This document shows positions 1 through 15,400 of a stretch of DNA of 64,000 nucleotides, in pieces (within the stretch, counting starts at the first letter, position 1; each line of letters begins with the position of its first letter). The notes under the pieces are model-generated. The model was given only the letters and a program-made list of their open reading frames with translations. It was not told the origin of the DNA and did no database searches. Source of the DNA: Eimeria praecox (taxonomy: Eukaryota); assembly GCA_963920595.1 (NCBI GenBank), contig OY986950.1, positions 62,001 to 126,000 on the forward strand. The letters are read 5' to 3'. The position numbers and the translations under genes were made by a program.

Positions 1-459
1 TCACGCTGATACGATTGTTCTGGCCCCCTCCCCCCAGAAGGCATAAAGCAATGCCGGGACACACACTACAAGCCTGCGTTTAGCCACAGCCACCACTCAG
101 CCTATCCACTCGACCCTAAGCTTCCTTGCCGCAACATTCCGGATTCCCATCTCTATGCACAGACTGCGCGGCTCCTCCCAGCCCCCACACGAACCTCGCC
201 GAATCTCCCATAATTACCTGGCTATATCATGCACCAGCAGCAACCGATTCATGCCATGCAACACGCGAAACACTTATCACAAATGCACATACTGCACCTT
301 CCTGCCAATTCCCCTCCATTGCCGCCTCACCATGCTGCTCAACCTCCGATCGAAAACAAACAACCCCGCCCAAACACATACTCGTGCTCTACGCCCGCTC
401 ACCGACTAAGCAGCCGTTGTGCTTCCTGTAGACGCTCCTCAACATAAATCAAGCCACCC
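1..459. repeat. Degenerate, internally deleted monomer of the 906-bp satellite (left edge)
   Basis: ~105-329 aligns with ~620-842 (shared CTTGCCGCAACATTC, GCGGCTCCTCCCAGCCCCCACA, AACACGCGAAACACTTATCACAAATGCACATAC). It then jumps to the equivalent of ~1225-1370 (CCGCTCACCGACT, AGCAGCCGTTGTGCTTCCTGTA), skipping roughly 380 bp. Positions 1-105 match only weakly. Confidence 0.9.
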
Positions 460-3400
460 ATGGACAAGCCAACACACCCTTACCGATTCCGCGCAGCGCC
501 AAGGCAGCACTGTCCTCACTCAAACAACGGCCACTCGCCACCAACCACAGACACTCCGCCTAAACAAAGCACTGCCAAACTAAGGATTCATTCCACCCGC
601 ATTCCCCACAAAACCCACCCCTTCGACCCTCAACATGCTTGCCGCAACATTCAAGAGACGCTTCTCCATATACAGCCGCCGCGGCTCCTCCCAGCCCCCA
701 CAAAAACCCGCCCAATCTCCCATAATTACCTGTCCTATCTCATGCACCAGCAACAACCGACACATGCCATCAAACACGCGAAACACTTATCACAAATGCA
801 CATACACAACCCTCCTCCCAATAGACCTCCACTGCCACCTCAACGCTCTTGCATATCCACGCCACCCCTCCCACCCCTCAAAACCTTCACCACACGCCAT
901 TCTAAATGGCTCAACTACCACACCGAAATACACGACCATGTAGCTGGTGATGCAACGCGCCACTAAAATTCACATGAGCTCCGCACCTCAAAAGCCTCCG
1001 AACGCAACTTCTTATGTACCCCCTCACACCGCACACTCCTCATCACACCTCAGACACCTAACTACAACGCGCGCTTCCTGATGCAAATCAGAAACTACCA
1101 AAATACTTCGCCCCTCATCGTATCACCACAAACCATCCAATCTGCTCCATACCAACACACACCTGCCTATGTCTGCCGCTGTCCACTCCCGAATGAATCA
1201 AACGAAACACAACTCAACGCTGAACCATGCTACCCAGCCTTCGATCGCACACAAGCAACCCTGCCTAACGCAATATTCGTGCTCCGCCCCCGCTCACCGA
1301 CTTAGCAGCCGTTGTGCTTCCTGTAAACGCTCCTCAACATAAAACATAAGATCCTCGCACAAACCACCCATGGACAAGGCAACACACCCATATCGATTCC
1401 GCGCAGCGCCAAGGCAGCACTGTCCTCACTCAAACAACGGCCACTCGCCACCAACCACAGACACTCCGCCTAAACAAAGCACTGCCAAACTAAGGATTCA
1501 TTCCAGCCGCATTCCCCACAAAACTCACCCCTTCGACCCTCAACATGCTTGCCGCAACATTCAAGAGGCGCTTCTCCATATACAGCCGCCGCGGCTCCTC
1601 CCAGCCCCCACAAAAACCCGCCCAATCTCCCATAATTACCTGTCCTATCTCATACACCAGCAACAACCGGCACATGCCATCAAACACGCGAAACACTTAT
1701 CACAAATGCACATACACAACCCTCCTCCCAATAGACCTCCACTGCCACCCCAACGCTCTTGCATATCCACGCCACCCCTCCCACCCCTCAAAACCTTCAC
1801 CACACGCCATTCTTAATGGCACCACTACCACACCGAAATACACGACCATGTAGCTGGTGATGCAACGCGCCACTAAAATTCACATGAGCTCCGCACCTCA
1901 AAAGCCTCCGAACGCAATTTCCTATGTACCCCCTCACACCGCACACTCCTCATCACACCTCAGACACCTAACTACAACGCGCGCTTCCTGATGCAAATCA
2001 GAAACTACCAAAATACTTCGCCCCTCATCGTATCACCACAAACCATCCTATCTGCTCCATACCAACACACATCTGCCTATGCCTGCCGCTGTCCACTCCC
2101 GAATCAAACGAAACACAACTCAACGCTGAACCATGCTACCCAACCTTCGATCGCGCACAAGCAACCCTGCCTAATGCAATATTCGTGCTCCGCCCCCGCT
2201 CACCGACTTAGCAGCCGTTGTGCTTCCTGTAAACGCTCCTCAACATAAAACATAAGATCCTCGCACAAACCACCCATGGACAAGGCAACACACCCATATC
2301 GATTCCGCGCAGCGCCAAGGCAGCACTGTCCTCACTCAAACAACGGCCACTCGCCACCAACCACAGACACTCCGCCTAAACAAAGCACTGCCAAACTAAG
2401 GATTCATTCCAGCCGCATTCCCCACAAAACCCACCCCTTCGACCCTCAACATCCTTGCCGCAACATTCAAGAGGCGCTTCTCCATATACAGCCGCCGCGG
2501 CTCCTCCCAGACCCCACAAAAACCCGCCCAATCTCCCATAATTACCTGTCCTATCTCATACACCAGCAACAACCGACACATGCCATCAAACACGCGAAAC
2601 ACTTATCACAAATGCACATACACAACCCTCCTCCCAATAGACCTCCACTGCCACCTCAACGCTCTTGCATATCCACGCCACCCCTCCCACCCCTCAAAAC
2701 CTTCACCACACGCCATTCTTAATGGCACCACTACCACACCGAAATACACGACCATGTAGCTGGTGATGCAACGCGCCACTAAAATTCACATGAGCTCCGC
2801 ACCTCAAAAGCCTCCGAACGCAATTTCCTATGTACCCCCTCACACCGCACACTCCTCATCACACATCAGGCAGCTAACTACAAGACACACTTCCTGATGC
2901 AAATCAGAAACTACCAAAATACTTCGCCTCCCATCATATCACCACAAACCATCCTATCTGCTCCATACCAACACACAGCTACCTATACCTGCCGCTGTCC
3001 ACTCCCCTATCAAACGAAACACAACTCAACGCCAAACCATGCTATCCAACCTTCGATCGCACATAAGCAACCCCCCCCACCACAATATTCGTACTCTACA
3101 CCCCATCGCCGACTACCCAGCCCTTGCCCTTCCTGTAAACGCTCCTCAACATAAAACATAAGATCCTCACACAAACCACCCATGGACAAGGCAACACACC
3201 CATACCGATTCCGCGCAGCGCCAAGGCAGCACTGTCCTCACTCAAACAACGGCCACTCGCCACCAACCACAGACACTCCGCCTAAACAAAGCACTGCCAA
3301 ACTACGGATTCATTCCACCCGCATTCCCCACAAAACCCACCCCTTCGACCCTCAACATGCTTGCCGCAACATTCAAGAGGCGCTTCTCCATATACAGCCG

Positions 3401-6400
3401 CCGCGGCTCCTCCCAGCCCCCACAAAAACCCGCCCAATCTCCCATAATTACCTGTCCTATCTCATACACCAGCAACAACCGACACATGCCATCAAACACG
3501 CGAAACACTTATCACAAATGCACATACACAACCCTCCTCCCAATAGACCTCCACTGCCACCTCAACGCTCTTGCATATCCACGCCACCCCTCCCACCCCT
3601 CAAAACCTTCACCACACGCCATTCTTAATGGCACCACTACCACACCGAAATACACGACCATGTAGCTGGTGATGCAACGCGCCACTAAAATTCACATGAG
3701 CTCCGCACCTCAAAAGCCTCCGAACGCAACTTCTTATGTACCCCCTCACACCGCACACTCCTCATCACACATCAGGCAGCTAACTACAAGACACACTTCC
3801 TGATGCAAATCAGAAACTACCAAAATACTTCGCCTCCCATCATATCACCACAAACCATCCTATCTGCTCCATACCAACACACAGCTACCTATACCTGCCG
3901 CTGTCCACTCCCCTATCAAACGAAACACAACTCAACGCTGAACCATGCTATCCAACCTTCGATCGAAAACAAACAACCCCCCCCACCACAATATTCGTAC
4001 TCTACACCCCATCGCCGACTACCCAGCCCTTGCCCTTCCTGTAAACGCTCCTCAACATAAAACATAAGATCCTCGCACAAACCACCCATGGACAAGCCAG
4101 CACACCCATATCGATTATGCGCAGCGCCAAGGCAGCACTGTCCTCACTCAAACAACGGCCACTCGCCACCAACCACAGAAACTCCGCCTAAACAAAGCAC
4201 TGCCAAACTAAGGATTCATTCCAGCCACTGTCCCCAAACAACTCACCCCTTCGACCCTCAACGTGCATGCCGCAACATTCAAGAGGCGCTTCTCCATGTA
4301 CAGCCGCCGCGGCTCCTCCCAGCCCCCACAAAAACCCGCCCAATCCCTCATAATTACCTGTCCTATCTCATACACCAGCAACAACCGACACATGCCATCA
4401 AACACGCGAAACACTTATCACAAATGCACATACACAACCCTCCTCCCAATAGACCTCCACTGCCACCTCAAAGCTCTTGCATATCCACGCCACCCCTCCC
4501 ACCCCTCAAAACCTTCACCACACGCCATTCTAAATGGCACCACTACCACACCGAAATACACGACCATGTAGCTGGTGATGCAACGCGCCACTAAAATTCA
4601 CATGAGCTCCGCACCTCAAAAGCCTCCGAACGCAATTTCCTATGTACCCCCTCACACCGCACACTCCTCATCACACATCAGGCAGCTAACTACAAGACAC
4701 ACTTCCTGATGCAAATCAGAAACTACCAAAATACTTCGCCTCCCATCATATCACCACAAACCATCCTATCTGCTCCATACCAACACACAGCTACCTATAC
4801 CTGCCGCTGTCCACTCCCCTATCAAACGAAACACAACTCAACGCTGAACCATGCTATCCAACCTTCGATCGCAAATAAGCAACCCCCCCCACCACAATAT
4901 TCGTACTCTACACCCCATCGCCGACTACCCAGCCCTTGCCCTTCCTGTAAACGCTCCTCAACATAAAACATAAGATCCTCACACAAACCACCCATGGACA
5001 AGGCAACACACCCATACCGATTCCGCGCAGCGCCAAGGCAGCACTGTCCTCACTCAAACAACGGCCACTCGCCACCCACCACAGACACTCCGCCTAAACA
5101 AAGCACTGCCAAACTACGGATTCATTCCACCCGCATTCCTCACAAAACCCACCCCTTCGACCCTCAACATGCTTGCCGCAACATTCAAGAGGCGCTTCTC
5201 CATATACAGCCGCCGCGGCTCCTCCCAGCCCCCACAAAAACCCGCCCAATCTCCCATAATTACCTGTCCTATCTCATACACCAGCAACAACCGACACATG
5301 CCATCAAACACGCGAAACACTTATCACAAATGCACATACACAACCCTCCTCCCAATAGACCTCCACTGCCACCTCAACGCTCTTGCATATCCACGCCACC
5401 CCTCCCACCCCTCAAAACCTTCACCACACGCCATTCTAAATGGCACCACTACCACACCGAAATACACGACCATGTAGCTGGTGATGCAACGCGCCACTAA
5501 AATTCACATGAGCTCCGCACCTCAAAAGCCTCCGAACGCAATTTCCTATGTACCCCCTCACACCGCACACTCCTCATCACACATCAGGCAGCTAACTACA
5601 AGACACACTTCCTGATGCAAATCAGAAACTACCAAAATACTTCGCCTCCCATCATATCACCACAAACCATCCTATCTGCTCCACACCAACACACAGCTAC
5701 CTATACCTGCCGCTGTCCACTCCCCTATCAAACGAAACACAACTCAACGCTGAGCCATGCTATCCAACCTTCGATCGCACATAAGCAACCCCCCCCACCA
5801 CAATATTCGTACTCTACACCCCATCGCCGACTACCCAGCCCTTGCCCTTCCTGTAAACGCTCCTCAACATAAAACATAAGATCCTCACACAAACCACCCA
5901 TGGACAAGGCAACACACCCATACCGATTCCGCGCAGCGCCAAGGCAGCACTGTCCTCACTCAAACAACGGCCACTCGCCACCCACCACAGACACTCCGCC
6001 TAAACAAAGCACTGCCAAACTAAGGATTCATTCCAGCCGCATTCCTCACAAAACCCACCCCTTCGACCCTCAACATCCTTGCCGCAACATTCAAGAGACG
6101 CTTCTCCATATACAGCCGCCGCGGCTCCTCCCAGCCCCCACAAAAACCCGCCCAATCTCCCATAATTACCTGTCCTATCTCATACACCAGCAACAACCGA
6201 CACATGCCATCAAACACGCGAAACACTTATCACAAATGCACATACACAACCCTCCTCCCAATAGACCTCCACTGCCACCCCAACGCTCTTGCATATCCAC
6301 GCCACCCCTCCCACCCCTCAAAACCTTCACCACACGCCATTCTTAATGGCTCCACTACCACACCGAAATACACGACCATGTAGCTGGTGATGCAACGCGC

Positions 6401-9400
6401 CACTAAAATTCACATGAGCTCCGCACCTCAAAAGCCTCCGAACGCAATTTCCTATGTACCCCCTCACACCGCACACTCCTCATCACACATCAGGCAGCTA
6501 ACTACAAGACACACTTCCTGATGCAAATCAGAAACTACCAAAATACTTCGCCTCCCATCATATCACCACAAACCATCCTATCTGCTCCATACCAACACAC
6601 AGCTACCTATACCTGCCGCTGTCCACTCCCCTATCAAACGAAACACAACTCAACGCTGAACCATGCTATCCAACCTTCGATCGCACATAAGCAACCCCCC
6701 CCACCACAATATTCGTACTCTACACCCCATCGCCGACTACCCAGCCCTTGCCCTTCCTGTAAACGCTCCTCAACATAAAACATAAGATCCTCACACAAAC
6801 CACCCATGGACAAGGCAACACACCCATACCGATTCCGCGCAGCGCCAAGGCAGCACTGTCCTCACTCAAACAACGGCCACTCGCCACCCACCACAGACAC
6901 TCCGCCTAAACAAAGCACTGCCAAACTAAGGATTCATTCCAGCCGCATTCCCCACAAAACCCACCCCTTCGACCCTCAACATCCTTGCCGCAACATTCAA
7001 GAGGCGCTTCTCCATATACAGCCGCCGCGGCTCCTCCCAGCCCCCACAAAAACCCGCCCAATCTCCCATAATTACCTGTCCTATCTCATACACCAGCAAC
7101 AACCGACACATGCCATCAAACACGCGAAACACTTATCACAAATGCACATACACAACCCTCCTCCCAATAGACCTCCACTGCCACCTCAACGCTCTTGCAT
7201 ATCCACGCCACCCCTCCCACCCCTCAAAACCTTCACCACACGCCATTCTAAATGGCACCACTACCACACCGAAATACACGACCATGTAGCTGGTGATGCA
7301 ACGCGCCACTAAAATTCACATGAGCTCCGCACCTCAAAAGCCTCCGAACGCAACTTCTTATGTACCCCCTCACACCGCACACTCCTCATCACACATCAGG
7401 CAGCTAACTACAAGACACACTTCCTGATGCAAATCAGAAACTACCAAAATACTTCGCCTCCCATCATATCACCACAAACCATCCTATCTGCTCCATACCA
7501 ACACACAGCTACCTATACCTGCCGCTGTCCACTCCCCTATCAAACGAAACACAACTCAACGCTGAACCATGGTATCCAACCTTCGATCGAAAACAAACAA
7601 CCCCCCCCACCACAATATTCGTACTCTACACCCCATCGCCGACTACCCAGCCCTTGCCCTTCCTGTAAACGCTCCTCAACATAAAACATAAGATCCTCAC
7701 ACAAACCACCCATGGACAAGGCAACACACCCATACCGATTCCGCGCAGCGCCAAGGCAGCACTGTCCTCACTCAAACAACGGCCACTCGCCACCCACCAC
7801 AGACACTCCGCCTAAACAAAGCACTGCCAAACTAAGGATTCATTCCACCCGCATTCCCCACAAAACCCACCCCTTCGACCCTCAACATCCTTGCCGCAAC
7901 ATTCAAGAGACGCTTCTCCATATACCGCCGCCGCGGCTCCTCCCAGACCCCACAAAAACCCGCCCAATCTCCCATAATTACCTGTCCTATCTCATACACC
8001 AGCAACAACCGACACATGCCATCAAACACGCGAAACACTTATCACAAATGCACATACACAACCCTCCTCCCAATAGACCTCCACTGCCACCTCAACGCTC
8101 TTGCATATCCACGCCACCCCTCCCACCCCTCAAAACCTTCACCACACGCCATTCTAAATGGCACCACTACCACACCGAAATACACGACCATGTAGCTGGT
8201 GATGCAACGCGCCACTAAAATTCACATGAGCTCCGCACCTCAAAAGCCTCCGAACGCAATTTCCTATGTACCCCCTCACACCGCACACTCCTCATCACAC
8301 ATCAGGCAGCTAACTACAAGACACACTTCCTGATGCAAATCAGAAACTACCAAAATACTTCGCCTCCCATCATATCACCACAAACCATCCTATCTGCTCC
8401 ACACCAACACACAGCTACCTATACCTGCCGCTGTCCACTCCCCTATCAAACGAAACACAACTCAACGCTGAACCATGCTATCCAACCTTCGATCGCACAT
8501 AAGCAACCCCCCCCACCACAATATTCGTACTCTACACCCCATCGCCGACTACCCAGCCCTTGCCCTTCCTGTAAACGCTCCTCAACATAAAACATAAGAT
8601 CCTCACACAAACCACCCATGGACAAGGCAACACACCCATACCGATTCCGCGCAGCGCCAAGGCAGCACTGTCCTCACTCAAACAACGGCCACTCGCCACC
8701 CACCACAGACACTCCGCCTAAACAAAGCACTGCCAAACTAAGGATTCATTCCAGCCGCATTCCCCACAAAACCCACCCCTTCGACCCTCAACATCCTTGC
8801 CGCAACATTCAAGAGACGCTTCTCCATATACAGCCGCCGCGGCTCCTCCCAGCCCCCACAAAAACCCGCCCAATCTCCCATAATTACCTGTCCTATCTCA
8901 TACACCAGCAACAACCGACACATGCCATCAAACACGCGAAACACTTATCACAAATGCACATACACAACCCTCCTCCCAATAGACCTCCACTGCCACCTCA
9001 ACGCTCTTGCATATCCACGCCACCCCTCCCACCCCTCAAAACCTTCACCACACGCCATTCTAAATGGCACCACTACCACACCGAAATACACGACCATGTA
9101 GCTGGTGATGCAACGCGCCACTAAAATTCACATGAGCTCCGCACCTCAAAAGCCTCCGAACGCAATTTCCTATGTACCCCCTCACACCGCACACTCCTCA
9201 TCACACATCAGGCAGCTAACTACAAGACACACTTCCTGATGCAAATCAGAAACTACCAAAATACTTCGCCTCCCATCATATCACCACAAACCATCCTATC
9301 TGCTCCACACCAACACACAGCTACCTATACCTGCCGCTGTCCACTCCCCTATCAAACGAAACACAACTCAACGCTGAACCATGCTATCCAACCTTCGATC

Positions 9401-12400
9401 GCACATAAGCAACCCCCCCCACCACAATATTCGTACTCTACACCCCATCGCCGACTACCCAGCCCTTGACCTTCCTGTAAACGCTCCTCAACATAAAACA
9501 TAAGATCCTCACACAAACCACCCATGGACAAGGCAACACACCCATACCGATTCCGCGCAGCGCCAAGGCAGCACTGTCCTCACTCAAACAACGGCCACTC
9601 GCCACCCACCGCAGACACTCCGCCTAAACAAAGCACTGCCAAACTAAGGATTCATTCCAGCCGCATTCCCCACAAAACCCACCCCTTCGACCCTCAACAT
9701 CCTTGCCGAAACATTCAAGAGGCGCTTCTCCATATACAGCCGCCGCGGCTCCTCCCAGACCCCACAAAAACCCGCCCAATCTCCCATAATTACCTGTCCT
9801 ATCTCATACACCAGCAACAACCGACACATGCCATCAAACACGCGAAACACTTATCACAAATGCACATACACAACCCTCCTCCCAATAGACCTCCACTGCC
9901 ACCTCAACGCTCTTGCATATCCACGCCACCCCTCCCACCCCTCAAAACCTTCACCACACGCCATTCTAAATGGCACCACTACCACACCGAAATACACGAC
10001 CATGTAGCTGGTGATGCAACGCGCCACTAAAATTCACATGAGCTCCGCACCTCAAAAGCCTCCGAACGCAATTTCCTATGTACCCCCTCACACCGCACAC
10101 TCCTCATCACACATCAGGCAGCTAACTACAAGACACACTTCCTGATGCAAATCAGAAACTACCAAAATACTTCGCCTCCCATCATATCACCACAAACCAT
10201 CCTATCTGCTCCACACCAACACACAGCTACCTATACCTGCCGCTGTCCACTCCCCTATCAAACGAAACACAACTCAACGCTGAACCATGCTATCCAACCT
10301 TCGATCGCACATAAGCAACCCCCCCCACCACAATATTCGTACTCTACACCCCATCGCCGACTACCCAGCCCTTGACCTTCCTGTAAACGCTCCTCAACAT
10401 AAAACATAAGATCCTCACACAAACCACCCATGGACAAGGCAACACACCCATACCGATTCCGCGCAGCGCCAAGGCAGCACTGTCCTCACTCAAACAACGG
10501 CCACTCGCCACCCACCGCAGACACTCCGCCTAAACAAAGCACTGCCAAACTAAGGATTCATTCCAGCCGCATTCCCCACAAAACCCACCCCTTCGACCCT
10601 CAACATCCTTGCCGAAACATTCAAGAGGCGCTTCTCCATATACAGCCGCCGCGGCTCCTCCCAGACCCCACAAAAACCCGCCCAATCTCCCATAATTACC
10701 TGTCCTATCTCATACACCAGCAACAACCGACACATGCCATCAAACACGCGAAACACTTATCACAAATGCACATACACAACCCTCCTCCCAATAGACCTCC
10801 ACTGCCACCTCAACGCTCTTGCATATCCACGCCACCCCTCCCACCCCTCAAAACCTTCACCACACGCCATTCTAAATGGCACCACTACCACACCGAAATA
10901 CACGACCATGTAGCTGGTGATGCAACGCGCCACTAAAATTCACATGAGCTCCGCACCTCAAAAGCCTCCGAACGCAACTTCTTATGTACCCCCTCACACC
11001 GCACACTCCTCATCACACATCAGGCAGCTAACTACAAGACACACTTCCTGATGCAAATCAGAAACTACCAAAATACTTCGCCTCCCATCATATCACCACA
11101 AACCATCCTATCTGCTCCATACCAACACACAGCTACCTATACCTGCCGCTGTCCACTCCCCTATCAAACGAAACACAACTCAACGCTGAACCATGGTATC
11201 CAACCTTCGATCGAAAACAAACAACCCCCCCCACCACAATATTCGTACTCTACACCCCATCGCCGACTACCCAGCCCTTGCCCTTCCTGTAAACGCTCCT
11301 CAACATAAAACATAAGATCCTCACACAAACCACCCATGGACAAGGCAACACACCCATACCGATTCCGCGCAGCGCCAAGGCAGCACTGTCCTCACTCAAA
11401 CAACGGCCACTCGCCACCCACCACAGACACTCCGCCTAAACAAAGCACTGCCAAACTAAGGATTCATTCCAGCCGCATTCCCCACAAAACCCACCCCTTC
11501 GACCCTCAACATGCTTGCCGCAACATTCAAGAGGCGCTTCTCCATATACAGCCGCCGCGGCTCCTCCCAGCCCCCACAAAAACCCGCCCAATCTCCCATA
11601 ATTACCTGTCCTATCTCATACACCAGCAACAACCGACACATGCCATCAAACACGCGAAACACTTATCACAAATGCACATACACAACCCTCCTCCCAATAG
11701 ACCTCCACTGCCACCCCAACGCTCTCGCATATCCACGCCACCCCTCCCACCCCTCAAAACCTTCACCACACGCCATTCTAAATGGCACCACTACCACACC
11801 GAAATACACGACCATGTAGCTGGTGATGCAACGCGCCACTAAAATTCACATGAGCTCCGCACCTCAAAAGCCTCCGAACGCAACTTCTTATGTACCCCCT
11901 CACACCGCACACTCCTCATCACACATCAGGCAGCTAACTACAAGACACACTTCCTGATGCAAATCAGAAACTACCAAAATACTTCGCCTCCCATCATATC
12001 ACCACAAACCATCCTATCTGCTCCATACCAACACACAGCTACCTATACCTGCCGCTGTCCACTCCCCTATCAAACGAAACACAACTCAACGCTGAACCAT
12101 GGTATCCAACCTTCGATCGAAAACAAACAACCCCCCCCACCACAATATTCGTACTCTACACCCCATCGCCGACTACCCAGCCCTTGCCCTTCCTGTAAAC
12201 GCTCCTCAACATAAAACATAAGATCCTCACACAAACCACCCATGGACAAGGCAACACACCCATACCGATTCCGCGCAGCGCCAAGGCAGTACTGTCCTCA
12301 CTCAAACAACGGCCACTCGCCACCAACCACAGACACTCCGCCTAAACAAAGCACTGCCAAACTAAGGATTCATTCCAGCCGCATTCCCCACAAAACCCAC

Positions 12401-15400
12401 CCCTTCGACCCTCAACATCCTTGCCGCAACATTCAAGAGGCGCTTCTCCATATACAGCCGCCGCGGCTCCTCCCAGACCCCACAAAAACCCGCCCAATCT
12501 CCCATAATTACCTGTCCTATCTCATACACCAGCAACAACCGACACATGCCATCAAACACGCGAAACACTTATCACAAATGCACATACACAACCCTCCTCC
12601 CAATAGACCTCCACTGCCACCCCAACGCTCTCGCATATCCACGCCACCCCTCCCACCCCTCAAAACCTTCACCACACGCCATTCTAAATGGCTCCACTAC
12701 CACACCGAAATACACGACCATGTAGCTGGTGATGCAACGCGCCACTAAAATTCACATGAGCTCCGCACCTCAAAAGCCTCCGAACGCAACTTCTTATGTA
12801 CCCCCTCACACCGCACACTCCTCATCACACATCAGGCAGCTAACTACAAGACACACTTCCTGATGCAAATCAGAAACTACCAAAATACTTCGCCTCTCAT
12901 CATATCACCACAAACCATCCTATCTGCTCCATACCAACACACAGCTACCTACACCTGCCGCTGTCCACTCCCCTATCAAACGAAACACAACTCAACGCTG
13001 AACCATGGTATCCAACCTTCGATCGCACATAAGCAACCCCCCCCACCACAATATTCGTACTCTACACCCCATCGCCGACTACCCAGCCCTTGCCCTTCCT
13101 GTAAACGCTCCTCAACATAAAACATAAGATCCTCACACAAACCACCCATGGACAAGGCAACCTTTCCGTACCGATTCCGCGCAGCGCCAAGGCAGCACTG
13201 TCCTCACTCAAACAACGGCCACTCGCCACCAACCACAGACACTCCGCCTAAACAAAGCACTGCCAAACTAAGGATTCATTCCAGCCGCATTCCCCACAAA
13301 ACCCACCCCTTCGACCCTCAACATGCTTGCCGCAACATTCAAGAGGCGCTTCTCCATATACAGCCGCCGCGGCTCCTCCCAGCCCCCACAAAAACCCGCC
13401 CAATCTCCCATAATTACCTGTCCTATCTCATACACCAGCAACAACCGGCACATGCCATCAAACACGCGAAACACTTATCACAAATGCACATACACAACCC
13501 TCCTCCCAATAGACCTCCACTGCCACCCCAACGCTCTCGCATATCCACGCCACCCCTCCCACCCCTCAAAACCTTCACCACACGCCATTCTAAATGGCTC
13601 CACTACCACACCGAAATACACGACCATGTAGCTGGTGATGCAACGCGCCACTAAAATTCACATGAGCTCCGCACCTCAAAAGCCTCCGAACGCAATTTCC
13701 TATGTACCCCCTCACACCGCACACTCCTCATCACACATCAGGCAGCTAACTACAAGACACACTTCCTGATGCAAATCAGAAACTACCAAAATACTTCGCC
13801 TCCCATCATATCACCACAAACCATCCTATCTGCTCCATACCAACACACAGCTACCTATACCTGCCGCTGTCCACTCCCCTATCAAACGAAACACAACTCA
13901 ACGCTGAACCATGCTATCCAACCTTCGATCGCACACAAGCAACCCCGCCTACCGCAATATTCGTGCTCCGCCCCCGCTCACCGACTTAGCAGCCGTTGTG
14001 CTTCCTGTAAACGCTCCTCAACATAAAACATAAGATCCTCACACAAACCACCCATGGACAAGGCAACACACCCATACCGATTCCGCGCAGCGCCAAGGCA
14101 GCACTGTCCTCACTCAAACAACGGCCACTCGCCACCCACCACAGACACTCCGCCTAAACAAAGCACTGCCAAACTACGGATTCATTCCAGCCGCATTCCC
14201 CACAAAACCCACCCCTTCGACCCTCAACATGCTTGCCGCAACATTCAAGAGGCGCTTCTCCATATACAGCCGCCGCAGCTCCTCCCAGCCCCCACAAAAA
14301 CCCGCCCAATCTCCCATAATTACCTGTCCTATCTCATACACCAGCAACAACCGACACATGCCATCAAACACGCGAAACACTTATCACAAATGCACATACA
14401 CAACCCTCCTCCCAATAGACCTCCACTGCCACCTCAACGCTCTCGCATATCCACACCACCCCTCCCACCCCTCAAAACCTTCACCACACGCCATTCTAAA
14501 TGGCACCGCTACCACACCGAAATACACGACCATGTAGCTGGTGATGCAACGCGCCACTAAAATTCACATGAGCTCCGCACCTCAAAAGCCTCCGAACGCA
14601 ACTTCTTATGTACCCCCTCACACCGCACACTCCTCATCACACATCAGGCAGCTAACTACAAGACACACTTCCTGATGCAAATCAGAAACTACCAAAATAC
14701 TTCGCCTCCCATCATATCACCACAAACCCGCCTATCTGCTCCATACCAACACACAGCTACCTATACCTGCCGCTGTCCACTCCCCTATCAAACGAAACAC
14801 AACTCAACGCCAAACCATGCTATCCAACCTTCGATCGCACATAAGCAACCCCCCCCACCACAATATTCGTACTCTACACCCCATCGCCGACTACCCAGCC
14901 CTTGCCCTTCCTGTAAACGCTCCTCAACATAAAACATAAGATCCTCACACAAACCACCCATGGACAAGGCAACACACCCATACCGATTCCGCGCAGCGCC
15001 AAGGCAGTACTGTCCTCACTCAAACAACGGCCACTCGCCACCAACCACAGACACTCCGCCTAAACAAAGCACTGCCAAACTAAGGATTTATTCCAGCCGT
15101 ATTCCCCACAAAACCCACCCCTTCGACCCTCAACATCCTTGCCGAAACATTCAAGAGGCGCTTCTCCATATACAGCCGCCGCGGCTCCTCCCAGCCCCCA
15201 CAAAAACCCGCCCAATCTCCCATAATTACCTGTCCTATCTCATACACCAGCAACAACCGACACATGCCATCAAACACGCGAAACACTTATCACAAATGCA
15301 CATACACAACCCTCCTCCCAATAGACCTCCACTGCCACCTCAACGCTCTCGCATATCCACACCACCCCTCCCACCCCTCAAAACCTTCACCACACGCCAT

